Positions 46,646 through 56,830 of a stretch of DNA of 64,000 nt are shown piece by piece. The stretch covers positions 620,001-684,000 of the forward strand of contig OZ251229.1 in the NCBI GenBank assembly GCA_965240325.2, written 5' to 3'. The translations under genes and the position numbers were made by a program. The notes under the pieces were generated by a model. The model was not told the origin of the DNA, made no database searches, and was given only the letters and a program-made list of their open reading frames with translations. The stretch comes from Rebecca billardiae RCC1528. Its lineage: Eukaryota; Protista; Haptophyta. Numbering within the stretch: position 1 is the first letter of the stretch; every line of letters starts with the position of its first letter.

Positions 46646-47057
46646 AGTACAGACCGTGAGACTTGTACGGTTGTACACGCCTGTCGCCTTAACCAACTTA
46701 CCGCCAAGTGTGCACGTTAAAACAGCATATAGTAATCTGTACACGTTCAGGGGAGCCAACTTCACGTGCATGTCACTGGTCCTTGCACTCGACTGTCCGT
46801 CACCCACGGCCACGAGCGAATGTGGAAAGACGCGAACCCGCAGACGGCAGAGGATACATTGCGACAGCACTGGCACGGCCCGCGCCGACCCCCCCGCCCG
46901 CCAGGGCAGAGTTTATATATATATCAGACGACGACTGGCTTATATATAGGCAAAGTCAGATGTGTATCTACTCACATCAGACTGGCGACTACGAGTACGA
47001 TATGGCCGCGCGAGTTGGCGTTAAAAGGGGCGTTATTGAGTCAATGGCTTACTCAGC

Positions 47058-47675
47058 TTAGTTGAACGGCACCGGCGAGCCGAGGAGCGAGTTGATGATG
47101 TACGGGTTGCCATCGAGCTTCTCGTGCACCATCAGTGCGAGGATGCCCATCTGCGCAGCGCGGCCGTTGTTCAGCTCGATCGCGCGCTTCTGCAGCTTGG
47201 TCTCCTCGTCGAACGAGTCCCAGCCAAAGTCGAGCGCGCCGTTGCGGAAGTCGCCGACGAACTCGCCGTCGCCGAGGTCCTTCATGACCGCGAGCTCGAG
47301 GAAGCCAACGAACGCGAAGATCTGCGCGAGGCCCGCCGCCGGCACGACCGAGAGCGCCGCCAGGCCGTTGGGCACGTCAGCGAACGGCAGGCCGTACGCG
47401 AGCTCGCCCGGGAGGCGGATGCCCGCCGACGTCACCACGTGGCCCAGCACGGCGAGCATGCAGATGCGGCCGTGCTTGATCTCGACGAAGCGGAGACGGT
47501 CAAAGCGCTCCTGGTCAGCGCCGTCGAGCAGGTTCAGCGGGTCGATGAAGCCGAGGGGCGGCTGCGCGCCGAGCTCCGACTCGAAGCCCATCGACACCGC
47601 CGCGCGCGACGCCGACGGCGCGCGCATCGCCGGGCCGTTGAAGGCAAGGGCAGAGACGAGGATCTGGGCGAACAT
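47058..47675 (-). CDS. Fucoxanthin-chlorophyll a/c light-harvesting protein, copy 1
   Basis: GAQPPLGFIDPL, FDRLRFVEIKHGRICMLA, AIELNNGRAAQMG; bipartite presequence; ATG at 47675. Confidence 0.96.
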   Translation of the reverse strand: MFAQILVSALAFNGPAMRAPSASRAAVSMGFESELGAQPPLGFIDPLNLLDGADQERFDRLRFVEIKHGRICMLAVLGHVVTSAGIRLPGELAYGLPFADVPNGLAALSVVPAAGLAQIFAFVGFLELAVMKDLGDGEFVGDFRNGALDFGWDSFDEETKLQKRAIELNNGRAAQMGILALMVHEKLDGNPYIINSLLGSPVPFN

Positions 47676-48199
47676 GGCGACTGCGGAGCGCCGGGGCACG
47701 TGCGTCGGGGTCACGGCGGTCAGCGCGGCGGCGCAACGCGGCGCAGTCACGCGCGCGCGGTCGTGGGGCGGTCACGGGCGGGCCGATGCGCACCTGCGGT
47801 TGGTTGGCACGGGTGATGAGGCGTTGTATGTTAATTTGACCTCGAAATCACGAAATGGCAGCCGAAATTAACTGCTGCCATCTTTTTTTCCACCAGGGGC
47901 ATCTTGGTCGTCACCACGTCTGCCCACCGCCATCGTTTATTCGTTACCATAGTATGAACTCAGTGATGCGCGCGCGGCAGTGGGCGGATGCGACGTCCTC
48001 GCGGACGTCTGACAGGGGCCAGCCAAGGCTAATCCTATGACGAGCACTGAGCCAGTCTCCATCCACCGTTCAGCGTTTACAACAATCAGTTCTATGCATC
48101 ACCCGCAACGGCCTACTCTGCCGACGCGGGGCCCATATCCGTGCAGTGGGCCGCACCCGTACAACGGTACATCAACTACGACGTAGGTAGCGCAGGCGC

Positions 48200-48817
48200 T
48201 TAGTTGAACGGCACCGGCGAGCCGAGGAGCGAGTTGATGATGTACGGGTTGCCATCGAGCTTCTCGTGCACCATCAGTGCGAGGATGCCCATCTGCGCAG
48301 CGCGGCCGTTGTTCAGCTCGATCGCGCGCTTCTGCAGCTTGGTCTCCTCGTCGAACGAGTCCCAGCCAAAGTCGAGCGCGCCGTTGCGGAAGTCGCCGAC
48401 GAACTCGCCGTCGCCGAGGTCCTTCATGACCGCGAGCTCGAGGAAGCCAACGAACGCGAAGATCTGCGCGAGGCCCGCCGCCGGCACGACCGAGAGCGCC
48501 GCCAGGCCGTTGGGCACGTCAGCGAACGGCAGGCCGTACGCGAGCTCGCCCGGGAGGCGGATGCCCGCCGACGTCACCACGTGGCCCAGCACGGCGAGCA
48601 TGCAGATGCGGCCGTGCTTGATCTCGACGAAGCGGAGACGGTCAAAGCGCTCCTGGTCAGCGCCGTCGAGCAGGTTCAGCGGGTCGATGAAGCCGAGGGG
48701 CGGCTGCGCGCCGAGCTCCGACTCGAAGCCCATCGACACCGCCGCGCGCGACGCCGACGGCGCGCGCATCGCCGGGCCGTTGAAGGCAAGGGCAGAGACG
48801 AGGATCTGGGCGAACAT
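48200..48817 (-). CDS. Fucoxanthin-chlorophyll a/c light-harvesting protein, copy 2
   Basis: Same protein sequence as copy 1. Confidence 0.96.
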   Translation of the reverse strand: MFAQILVSALAFNGPAMRAPSASRAAVSMGFESELGAQPPLGFIDPLNLLDGADQERFDRLRFVEIKHGRICMLAVLGHVVTSAGIRLPGELAYGLPFADVPNGLAALSVVPAAGLAQIFAFVGFLELAVMKDLGDGEFVGDFRNGALDFGWDSFDEETKLQKRAIELNNGRAAQMGILALMVHEKLDGNPYIINSLLGSPVPFN

Positions 48818-49338
48818 GGCGACTGCGGAGCGCCGGGGCACGTGCGTCGGGGTCACGGCGGTCAGCGCGGCGGCGCAACGCGGCGCAGTCACGCGCGCGC
48901 GGTCGTGGGGCGGTCACGGGCGGGCCGATGCGCACCTGTTGCTGACAGTGATGCCTGACCGTGGGGTGGTACTTTAATTTGCTCCACGTAAAACCAGCGC
49001 GCGGTTACTTGTGCTGGCGTGATCGAATCTCAACACCTTGTCGAATAGCCACAAGCTGGAATCTCGTATCAGGCCAAGGTCCTGTCATTGGGAATAAGGA
49101 CATGTAATTCGGGGAGCCTTCGTCGCCCGTCGTCGTCAACTCGTCATCAGATTCCATGGAATCCCTGGCTGCCGAATAATTCGGCCAAATTAAGCCCTTC
49201 AGACCGCCACGCAACAACAGGTGCGCATCGGCCCGCCCGTGACCGCCCCACGACCGCGCGCGCGTGACTGCGCCGCGTTGCGCCGCCGCGCTGACCGCCG
49301 TGACCCCGACGCACGTGCCCCGGCGCTCCGCAGTCGCC

Positions 49339-49956
49339 ATGTTCGCCCAGATCCTCGTCTCTGCCCTTGCCTTCAACGGCCCGGCGATGCGCGCGCCGTC
49401 GGCGTCGCGCGCGGCGGTGTCGATGGGCTTCGAGTCGGAGCTCGGCGCGCAGCCGCCCCTCGGCTTCATCGACCCGCTGAACCTGCTCGACGGCGCTGAC
49501 CAGGAGCGCTTTGACCGTCTCCGCTTCGTCGAGATCAAGCACGGCCGCATCTGCATGCTCGCCGTGCTGGGCCACGTGGTGACGTCGGCGGGCATCCGCC
49601 TCCCGGGCGAGCTCGCGTACGGCCTGCCGTTCGCTGACGTGCCCAACGGCCTGGCGGCGCTCTCGGTCGTGCCGGCGGCGGGCCTCGCGCAGATCTTCGC
49701 GTTCGTTGGCTTCCTCGAGCTCGCGGTCATGAAGGACCTCGGCGACGGCGAGTTCGTCGGCGACTTCCGCAACGGCGCGCTCGACTTTGGCTGGGACTCG
49801 TTCGACGAGGAGACCAAGCTGCAGAAGCGCGCGATCGAGCTGAACAACGGCCGCGCTGCGCAGATGGGCATCCTCGCACTGATGGTGCATGAGAAGCTCG
49901 ATGGCAACCCGTACATCATCAACTCGCTCCTCGGCTCGCCGGTGCCGTTCAACTAA
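49339..49956 (+). CDS. Fucoxanthin-chlorophyll a/c light-harvesting protein, copy 3 (inverted)
   Basis: Same protein sequence; synonymous CAT/CAC difference at 49890. Confidence 0.96.
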   Translation: MFAQILVSALAFNGPAMRAPSASRAAVSMGFESELGAQPPLGFIDPLNLLDGADQERFDRLRFVEIKHGRICMLAVLGHVVTSAGIRLPGELAYGLPFADVPNGLAALSVVPAAGLAQIFAFVGFLELAVMKDLGDGEFVGDFRNGALDFGWDSFDEETKLQKRAIELNNGRAAQMGILALMVHEKLDGNPYIINSLLGSPVPFN

Positions 49957-50354
49957 GCGCCTGCGCTACCTACGTCGTAGTTGATGTACCGTTGTACGGG
50001 TGCGGCCCACTGCACGGATATGGGCCCCGCGTCGGCAGAGTAGGCCGTTGCGGGTAATGCATAGACTTGATATTGTTGTAATAAACGCTGAACGGTGGAT
50101 GGAGACTGGCTCAGTTCGTCATAGGATTTTGGCTGGCCCCCGTCTCTGCCGCCCGTCTCAGACGCGTACGGCGTAGTCGTAGACCTGCGCGTGGCGGGCC
50201 GGCTCGAGATTTGACGGCGAAATAACTCCGCCAGCGGGTTGTTATTTACAGTTAAGGCTTTTTTCTGGTGCGCATTCCTGAAAAGTATATATATTAATCG
50301 TATTATTAATATATAGATAGTATATATATACTATCTATCTATCTATATATATAT

Positions 50355-50357
<3 letters not shown>

Positions 50358-50404
<47 letters not shown>
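50358..50404. repeat. (GA)n microsatellite next to a TA-rich island
   Basis: Directly visible. Confidence 0.95.
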
Positions 50405-50407
<3 letters not shown>

Positions 50408-50545
50408 TCGTTCACTCGTTGCTAGCGGTTTAGTAACATGCTAGCCTGCTACGCGTGTCTAAGCTACGCTGCGCAGCCCGCCCCGCGGGCCCGGCCGGCG
50501 GATCCAAGCTTGCCAACGGTGCCACTGGGAGCATCATCAGTGTCA

Positions 50546-51790
50546 TCAGACATCAGGCGGCCCGTCACCATCATGCTGTGGCCCGTGGCTGTCGTGACGG
50601 TCGGGCAGGCGGACACCCGCGGCATTGGCTGCACGCAGCACGTCGGCGTGCGCTGCAACGCGCGCTCGAAGCAGCTGCACATGTTCGGGCCGCAGCGGCC
50701 AGCCCGCCCGCGGCGCGCAGTCACGGCTGCTCCACTCGAGCCGCGCTGAGAGTGGGCGCTCGCGTGGCAGCCGCGTCCATGGCGCGCGCTCACCGCGTGT
50801 GCCACCGCGCGCCACATGCGTACGTGCAAGCCACTGGTTGCGCTTCTCACCGTGCAGCCACGCGAGCGCACCGGTCTCAGGATGGAACTGCGCGAGCATC
50901 GAGTTGCACACCCATGTCTCGTTCCCCGCGCCGCCGAGCCCAGCCTCGGGCAGCCCCCACGCGCCCACGCCGAGCGGGCTGAACGCATACTCCGATCCGG
51001 CCAGCTCGGCTGCCAGCCAGTAGACCTCCTTGTCGCCGTGGGAGTGCCGCCCGAGCTGCTCGCGCTCGGCGTGCAGGACGGCGGCTGCGCGAGCCTGCCG
51101 GCAGCGGTCGAAGAGGAGGACGGACGACTCGGCCTCGTTGTTCATCCGCGTGCTCCACGCCAGCGACGCGCGCAGCTGCGCCGACGGGCACTCGCGAGGC
51201 GCGCCGTTCGCCGTGTGCGCAGGCCAGCGCGCATACGGCGCACTGTCGAACGAGCACAGCTCGCGCCGCAGGAAGGAGCGCTTGAGCGGGCCGTAGCGCT
51301 TCACCATGTCACGGAAGAAGAGCGTGCCCGTCCGCGCGTACGGCTCCGTGCGAAACAGCGCCTCAAGGCTGATCATCGGCGCGATGTCCACGTCGACGAG
51401 CAGCACCTCCGTGAACGCGCTGCGCAGGAGCGCCGCCGGCTTGCACCACCAGCCCGCGTCGCGCGGCAGGCCGGTGTCGCGCACGGCGACGCCGCGATCC
51501 TGTGCGGCGATCCAGCCGCCGAGCTCGGCCGAGAGCTCACCGTTGTGGAACGCCTCCGCTGGCAGCAGCAGCCCGAGCGCGCGCTGCGTGCGCAGCAGTG
51601 CGAGGAAGTCGGCCGCTGCCGCCGCGCGGACGCACGCAACGAGCCCGCGGGCGGGGCTGCGGGCCGCGGCGGAGGGGCAGGGTTCGTACGTTGGGACATT
51701 CTCCCGCTCGCCGGCCGGCGCGGGTGCGGTGTGTGCCGCGACGGCAGCGCACGCCGCGACGAGAGCGCGCCGGCGCCGCCACGCCGCCAT
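50546..51790 (-). CDS. Glycosyltransferase, GT71 (MNN/alpha-mannosyltransferase)-like
   Basis: KPAALLRSAFTEVLLVDVD (DxD), GTLFFRD, AESSVLLFDR, HGDKEVYWLAAEL; N-terminal signal/anchor. Confidence 0.8.
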   Translation of the reverse strand: MAAWRRRRALVAACAAVAAHTAPAPAGERENVPTYEPCPSAAARSPARGLVACVRAAAAADFLALLRTQRALGLLLPAEAFHNGELSAELGGWIAAQDRGVAVRDTGLPRDAGWWCKPAALLRSAFTEVLLVDVDIAPMISLEALFRTEPYARTGTLFFRDMVKRYGPLKRSFLRRELCSFDSAPYARWPAHTANGAPRECPSAQLRASLAWSTRMNNEAESSVLLFDRCRQARAAAVLHAEREQLGRHSHGDKEVYWLAAELAGSEYAFSPLGVGAWGLPEAGLGGAGNETWVCNSMLAQFHPETGALAWLHGEKRNQWLARTHVARGGTRGERAPWTRLPRERPLSARLEWSSRDCAPRAGWPLRPEHVQLLRARVAAHADVLRAANAAGVRLPDRHDSHGPQHDGDGPPDV

Positions 51791-52163
51791 GGATTTCGGG
51801 GTGCTGACTGCTGAGCTATTGTACCACAGAGTCCACGACCTCGACCGCTCGACGGCCAACAGCCCAACACCCAACGGCCAAAGCAGGTCTCCTGACTGAC
51901 CTGATTCGTCGGCGGCAGACCGGCAGTGCGCCCGCAGTGCGGAGTGCCCGATCTCGTCGACACGAAGTTCGGAGACTCACTCCCGGAGAGCCGGCCGAGC
52001 CCGAGCCGCACTTGCGGCCGAGCAGTCAACACGCAGCGCTGAAAGCTGTCAGTCATGCAGTGACAATGGTGTCAGTAACAGACAGCGGTCACGCCTCACA
52101 CCGAAGCCTGCGGTCACTTCGTCTTCGCCGAGTCTTCGCGGACGCCGGCACTGTGTTGAGCTG

Positions 52164-55100
52164 TCACCAGTGTGACCCGTACTCGCCAGAGTCTGCACTC
52201 GAGGCGCGTTCGATCCCACCCACCCCAGAGCCAGCCGAGGACTCGTAAGGACTCTCCGAGTCGATTCTGTCGCCCGCGCCCTCCTCGTGCCCCGCCTCAA
52301 GCTCGAAATCAGCGACGGATGCTGCTGGCCGCGCGACCTCGGCCTCGCTCGGCTGCGGCGCGGGCTGCGGCGCGGGCTGCGGCGCGGGCTGCGCCGGGAA
52401 GCCAGTTGGCGGGGCGGCCGGAGGCGCGGCCGATTCCACCTCCACCTCACGCGGTGCACGCGGCACATCGGGCGGCGGCGCGCTGGGCTGCCCCGCGGGC
52501 GGGCGCGGCAGCGTGTCACCGCGCACGGCCGCATCCTGTGCGCGCGCGGCTTCTGGCTCTGCCCGCGCCGCCGTGTCCGGGGCGACCGAGCGCGTGGCCG
52601 AGGGGTTGGGCCCCCCACCGCCGCTGCCCAGTGCTCGGAGCGGCGCCAGCGGGGCGCGCGCGGCGCCGAGCGGCGAGCGCGGAGGCAGCGGTGGCGGCGG
52701 CGCACTCCCACCGGCCGCCGCGCCGGCAGGCGCCGGGGCGGCGATGGCGGGGGGCGGTAGTGGCCGCACGGCAGCAGTGGCAGGCGGTGCGCCGATGGCT
52801 GGCGCCGCCGGCGGCGGCGACGGCTGCGGCGCGCGCTCTGCGGCCGCGCCGACGTTTGGCAGTGCTGGCGCGGCGACGCGCGGCGCGGCTGCGGCGGTCG
52901 GCGCCGCTTCGGCCAGCACGCGCCCGCCGGCGCTCGCGCGCGGCAGCCCCGCGCCAGCACTGCCCGCGTCGCCGCCCGCGTCGCCGCCGGCGCGCGCGCT
53001 CGCCGCCCCAGCATCTGCGCCTGCGCCGAGCGGCGGCGCTGCGGCCGCCGCTGCCGGCTCGTGCGCGGGCGGCGTGGCGTGCGGCCGGTGCTGCGGCGAG
53101 GGCTGCCGCTGCGCTTGGCGCGCCGGCGGCGGTGCCGGCTGCTCCGCCGGCCGGCCCCACTCGACCGCCTCCGAGCCGACGGAGTACTCCGAGCCCTCGT
53201 CCGAGTCGGGCGGCTCCAGCCCGGGCGTGTGCGTGCGCACGGCGCGCCACTCGGCTGACAGCACGCGCGCCGCGCGGCCGCGCGCGCTCGCCTGGATGTG
53301 CACGGCCGCGCGCTCCCGCCGCCGCGCGTGGCGCGCGCTGAGCGCGCTGAGCGCCGCGGCAGCCTGCTGGCTGCCCTCCGCCCGCCCCGTCGCCGCCGCC
53401 TCCCGCTGCCGCCGCTGCCGCGCGCGCAGCTCGGCCGCGCGCCGCGTCGCATCCTCGCTCGAAAAGTCAAAGTCGTCGCTGTCGAGCTCGATCGAGGTGC
53501 CCTCGTCGTCGGAGCGGTCGGAGGGCGGCGAGGCGGGCGGCTCGAGCAGCCGCGAGCGCTTGGATACACTCAAGCCGCGCCGCGCCTCGAGCAGCGCGCG
53601 CGCCGAGTGGCCGCGCGCGCGCGCCTGGATGTGCGCCGCGGCGCGCGCTCGGCGCGCAGCCTCGCGCTCGCTCAGCGCGCGCACCGCCTCGGCGGCGGTC
53701 GGCGCTGCCGGCCGAGCGCCGGCGGCGCGTGTCGCGCCCGGTGCGCCCGGTGCGCGCGACGCGGCTGCCGGTGGCGCGCTCGCCGCCGCCTCGGCTGCCG
53801 TCGTGCGCGGAGCGAGCGCGCCAGCCGGGCGCGCGCGCTCCGCCGCGGCCAGCGCCGCCGCCGCGCCCTCGTGCGCGCGCCGCGCCGCCTCTGCCCTGAG
53901 CTCGTCCGCGCTGGCGAGGCGCAGGCTGCGCGCGAGCTGCAGGGGGTAGGCGACGAGGGCGAGGCGGCGGCGGGCGCACGCCTGGATGTGCACCGCGGCG
54001 GCCTCTGGGCTGAGCGGCGCGGCGGCGGGCGCGCTGCGCGGAGGCTGCATGCCGCGCACGCGCTGCCGCGCCGCGCGCCCGCGCGCGTGTGCCTGCGCCG
54101 TCGTCGCCGCGCGCTCGAGCGCGGCCGGAGCCACAGCTGCGCCGCCCGCGCTCGCGTCGGCGGGCGTGCCGGCGGTGTGCGCGTCGGCGGCGGGCGACGC
54201 GCCCACGCCCGCCTCGGCGGGCGTGCCGGCGGCGGTGTGCGCGTCGGCCGCGGCCGAAGCCACGGGAGCTACGCGCGCCATCATGCCCGTGGGCACAGCT
54301 GCCGAGCCCGCCGCGGGCGAGGCGGCCGCTGCGAGCGGCGCAGTTGCGCGCCCTGCGCCAGGGCTGGGCGCGCCTGCAGGAAGCCGCGCACCCGGCGACT
54401 GGGCGGCGGGCGGTGGCGCTGCAGGCGACGACGGCGCTGCACCGCCCTCGCCCACGCGCGCGGACGTCTCTGCCCCCGCGAGCGCCGAGCCCGCCGGCGG
54501 CGCGTCCACGCGGAGGTGCGCGGCCGGGGCGAGCTCGGCCGCGCGTGCCGCCTTTGCAGCCTTCCGCGCCGCCAGGTCGGCGAGCGGATCGTGCCCCCCA
54601 CGCATCGAGGCGAAGAGCGCGTCGTCGCCGGCGGTGACCAGCGTGGGCTTGTCCCCCTTCGCGCTGCGCTCCAGCTCCGCCTTGAGCTCGCGCAGCTGCT
54701 TTGCATGCTCAGAGCGCTCCGCGCGCACTCGCTCGGTGAGGGCGGCGAGGGCCGCCGTCATCTGCTGCAGGTCGGAGGCGAACTGCTGGCGCTCGAGCTC
54801 GAGGGCGGAGGCGGGGACCGCGGGAGGCACGCCGGCGGACGCCGACGCGCCGGCCCCCCGCGCGCCGCGTGCCGCCGCGAGCGCCGCGTGCCGCGCCTCG
54901 CGCTCGCGGATGCGCGCGTCGCGCTGGCGCTCCGCCGCACCAAGAGCGTACGCGCGCCGCGCGGCCGCGCCGCGCGCGTGCGCCTGGATGGTCTTGGCCG
55001 CGCGCACGCGCGCGCGGCGCGTGGCGCGAACATTCGCGGCGCGCGCCTCGCCGCCCATCGCCGACACGTCGGGAGCAAAGACGTGCCTGTGCGGCCGCGC

Positions 55101-55448
55101 GCCGCCCTGTGCCTTGCCAGGCCCCAGCTCGGCGGGCGCGAAACGTCGCGCCCACCACGTGGCCGCGTCCTCGGTCTCGTACGCGAGGCGCAGGTTGCGC
55201 AGGCCGCCGTGAGGGGCGGTGCCCCGCGCGCCCGGCCCGCCGCCGCGCGCACCGCCGTCCGCGCGCTCGAGCAGCTCAGTCGCGACCTTGAGCGCGTTGT
55301 GCGAGCGCTCGCCCTGCAGCCGGCGCAGCACGATCGTCGCGACCTCGTGGCGGAGCGCGTCGTCGGCGGAGGTGAGGAGCTGCATCAGCTTGACTGCCTC
55401 GATGTGGCACACCGCGACGCCGTCGTCGCCCACCTTGAGCGCCTGCAT
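52164..55448 (-). CDS. Low-complexity coiled-coil protein with about five IQ calmodulin-binding motifs
   Basis: IQAHARG, AQAHARG, IQACARR, IQARARG, IQASARG; probable start MQALKV at 55448. Confidence 0.7.
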   Translation of the reverse strand: MQALKVGDDGVAVCHIEAVKLMQLLTSADDALRHEVATIVLRRLQGERSHNALKVATELLERADGGARGGGPGARGTAPHGGLRNLRLAYETEDAATWWARRFAPAELGPGKAQGGARPHRHVFAPDVSAMGGEARAANVRATRRARVRAAKTIQAHARGAAARRAYALGAAERQRDARIREREARHAALAAARGARGAGASASAGVPPAVPASALELERQQFASDLQQMTAALAALTERVRAERSEHAKQLRELKAELERSAKGDKPTLVTAGDDALFASMRGGHDPLADLAARKAAKAARAAELAPAAHLRVDAPPAGSALAGAETSARVGEGGAAPSSPAAPPPAAQSPGARLPAGAPSPGAGRATAPLAAAASPAAGSAAVPTGMMARVAPVASAAADAHTAAGTPAEAGVGASPAADAHTAGTPADASAGGAAVAPAALERAATTAQAHARGRAARQRVRGMQPPRSAPAAAPLSPEAAAVHIQACARRRLALVAYPLQLARSLRLASADELRAEAARRAHEGAAAALAAAERARPAGALAPRTTAAEAAASAPPAAASRAPGAPGATRAAGARPAAPTAAEAVRALSEREAARRARAAAHIQARARGHSARALLEARRGLSVSKRSRLLEPPASPPSDRSDDEGTSIELDSDDFDFSSEDATRRAAELRARQRRQREAAATGRAEGSQQAAAALSALSARHARRRERAAVHIQASARGRAARVLSAEWRAVRTHTPGLEPPDSDEGSEYSVGSEAVEWGRPAEQPAPPPARQAQRQPSPQHRPHATPPAHEPAAAAAAPPLGAGADAGAASARAGGDAGGDAGSAGAGLPRASAGGRVLAEAAPTAAAAPRVAAPALPNVGAAAERAPQPSPPPAAPAIGAPPATAAVRPLPPPAIAAPAPAGAAAGGSAPPPPLPPRSPLGAARAPLAPLRALGSGGGGPNPSATRSVAPDTAARAEPEAARAQDAAVRGDTLPRPPAGQPSAPPPDVPRAPREVEVESAAPPAAPPTGFPAQPAPQPAPQPAPQPSEAEVARPAASVADFELEAGHEEGAGDRIDSESPYESSAGSGVGGIERASSADSGEYGSHW

Positions 55449-55661
55449 CGCGCTGCTCAGTGGATCAGCGCCGCGGCAACGGCCGGCGGCGCCACCCTTG
55501 CGGTTGCTCCCGGGTCGCTCGTTCGACCTTGACCAGCAACCGAAGTCCGGCGACCGGCCCGCCAGGAGCCCAGGAATGACGACGGCTCGTTGGGAAAAGG
55601 AAAGCGCGCCGCCGTCCATACACCGCCGCTGCCATTCGCGCCGCCTCTGCGGGCGCTCGAC

Positions 55662-56417
55662 ATGGCAGAGGCGTCGCCACGATTCGTCTTCGTGCACGGC
55701 GTGACGCTCGAAGGTGGCAACGGGAGACACGCTGCCGCTGTCAGAGAGGCCCTCGGCGCGGAGGGCCTCCAGATCGAGTGCCCAGACTTCACGGACGGCG
55801 AGTTTGCCGCGCGGCCGGTCGGAGACGCGCTGGCGATGATCGACGCGCTGGCGCAGGGTGGCAAGGTCGCCCTGGTGTATCACTCGTACGGCGCTTTCAT
55901 CTGCCACCTGTACGCATCGCGCCACCCCGAGCGAGTCGTCGCGTGCTTCGGCCTCGCGCCCACGCCCAACGTGCGCGCGCTGCTCGAGAGCTTTGACGAG
56001 GCGGCCATGCGCAAGTGGAGGGAGAGCGGCCGGAGCTCGAGCCCCCCCAAGAGCGGCGAGCCGCCGAAGATCGTCTCCTCGTACGCGTGGTGCGATAGCA
56101 TCCTGTCGCTCCCGCCCTCTGAGACCACGCCGCAGCCTCTCTGCCCTGTCACACTCGTGGTGCCGTCCACGGAGGTCGACAGCAAGGCACCGCTGCTGGA
56201 GGGCGTGCCACCAGCCGCCTCGCCGCGCTGCATGCTCGTGGTCGAGGACGGGCACTTCCTCGACGCGACCCTACCAGAGGTGACGAGAGAGCTGGCCGGC
56301 TGGGCCCATGCCGTGGCTGAGGGCGGCGAGCAGGGTGCCTTGGCTCGCATGAGCGAGCAGACGCCGCAGTGGGCGGTGCGGGCACAGCGATCCACAGCAG
56401 CGCCCGGCGCCGCATGA
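55662..56417 (+). CDS. Alpha/beta-hydrolase (esterase-like)
   Basis: FVFVHG oxyanion motif, LVYHSYGAF nucleophile elbow, EDGHFL catalytic His. Confidence 0.7.
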   Translation: MAEASPRFVFVHGVTLEGGNGRHAAAVREALGAEGLQIECPDFTDGEFAARPVGDALAMIDALAQGGKVALVYHSYGAFICHLYASRHPERVVACFGLAPTPNVRALLESFDEAAMRKWRESGRSSSPPKSGEPPKIVSSYAWCDSILSLPPSETTPQPLCPVTLVVPSTEVDSKAPLLEGVPPAASPRCMLVVEDGHFLDATLPEVTRELAGWAHAVAEGGEQGALARMSEQTPQWAVRAQRSTAAPGAA

Positions 56418-56830
56418 TCTACCAGTGGGTCGAGCGCTGATCAAGACCCGGCGCAGGCTCGCGTGCCATGGTGCGCGCCGTAACGTGCTGCGGTCTCTCT
56501 CTCCCGCCTGGCCTCGCCCACGACAAAGCCGATGCTGCGACGGTCGCCCGACTAAATCAGTACTGACTGCTGATGACTTACGTCGTGTGACTCTTCTCAC
56601 GTGATCGGATGCCATTGACATTGGCATTGTGAGCAGATGTGCGTCCTCGCGGGGCGAGTTCGACGCAGCGTCGCACCGAAGGTGGCCGGCCTCGTTTGGT
56701 CGCAGCAGTCCTCGCCGGCGAGCAGCAGAGATTAGCTATTAGAGAAGTCCACAGAACTGCCACAGGCCCAGATTCCGAGACCCTTCATGGAAGGAGTCCG
56801 GGCCTGTCCTGCTTTTTTCAAAGGCCGCGA

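Larger units (their letters stand above)
48014..50140. repeat. Inverted repeat formed by FCP copies 2 and 3 (arms ~48014-48941 and ~49215-50140)
   Basis: CDS, ~120 nt upstream and ~185 nt downstream are reverse complements of each other. Confidence 0.9.
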
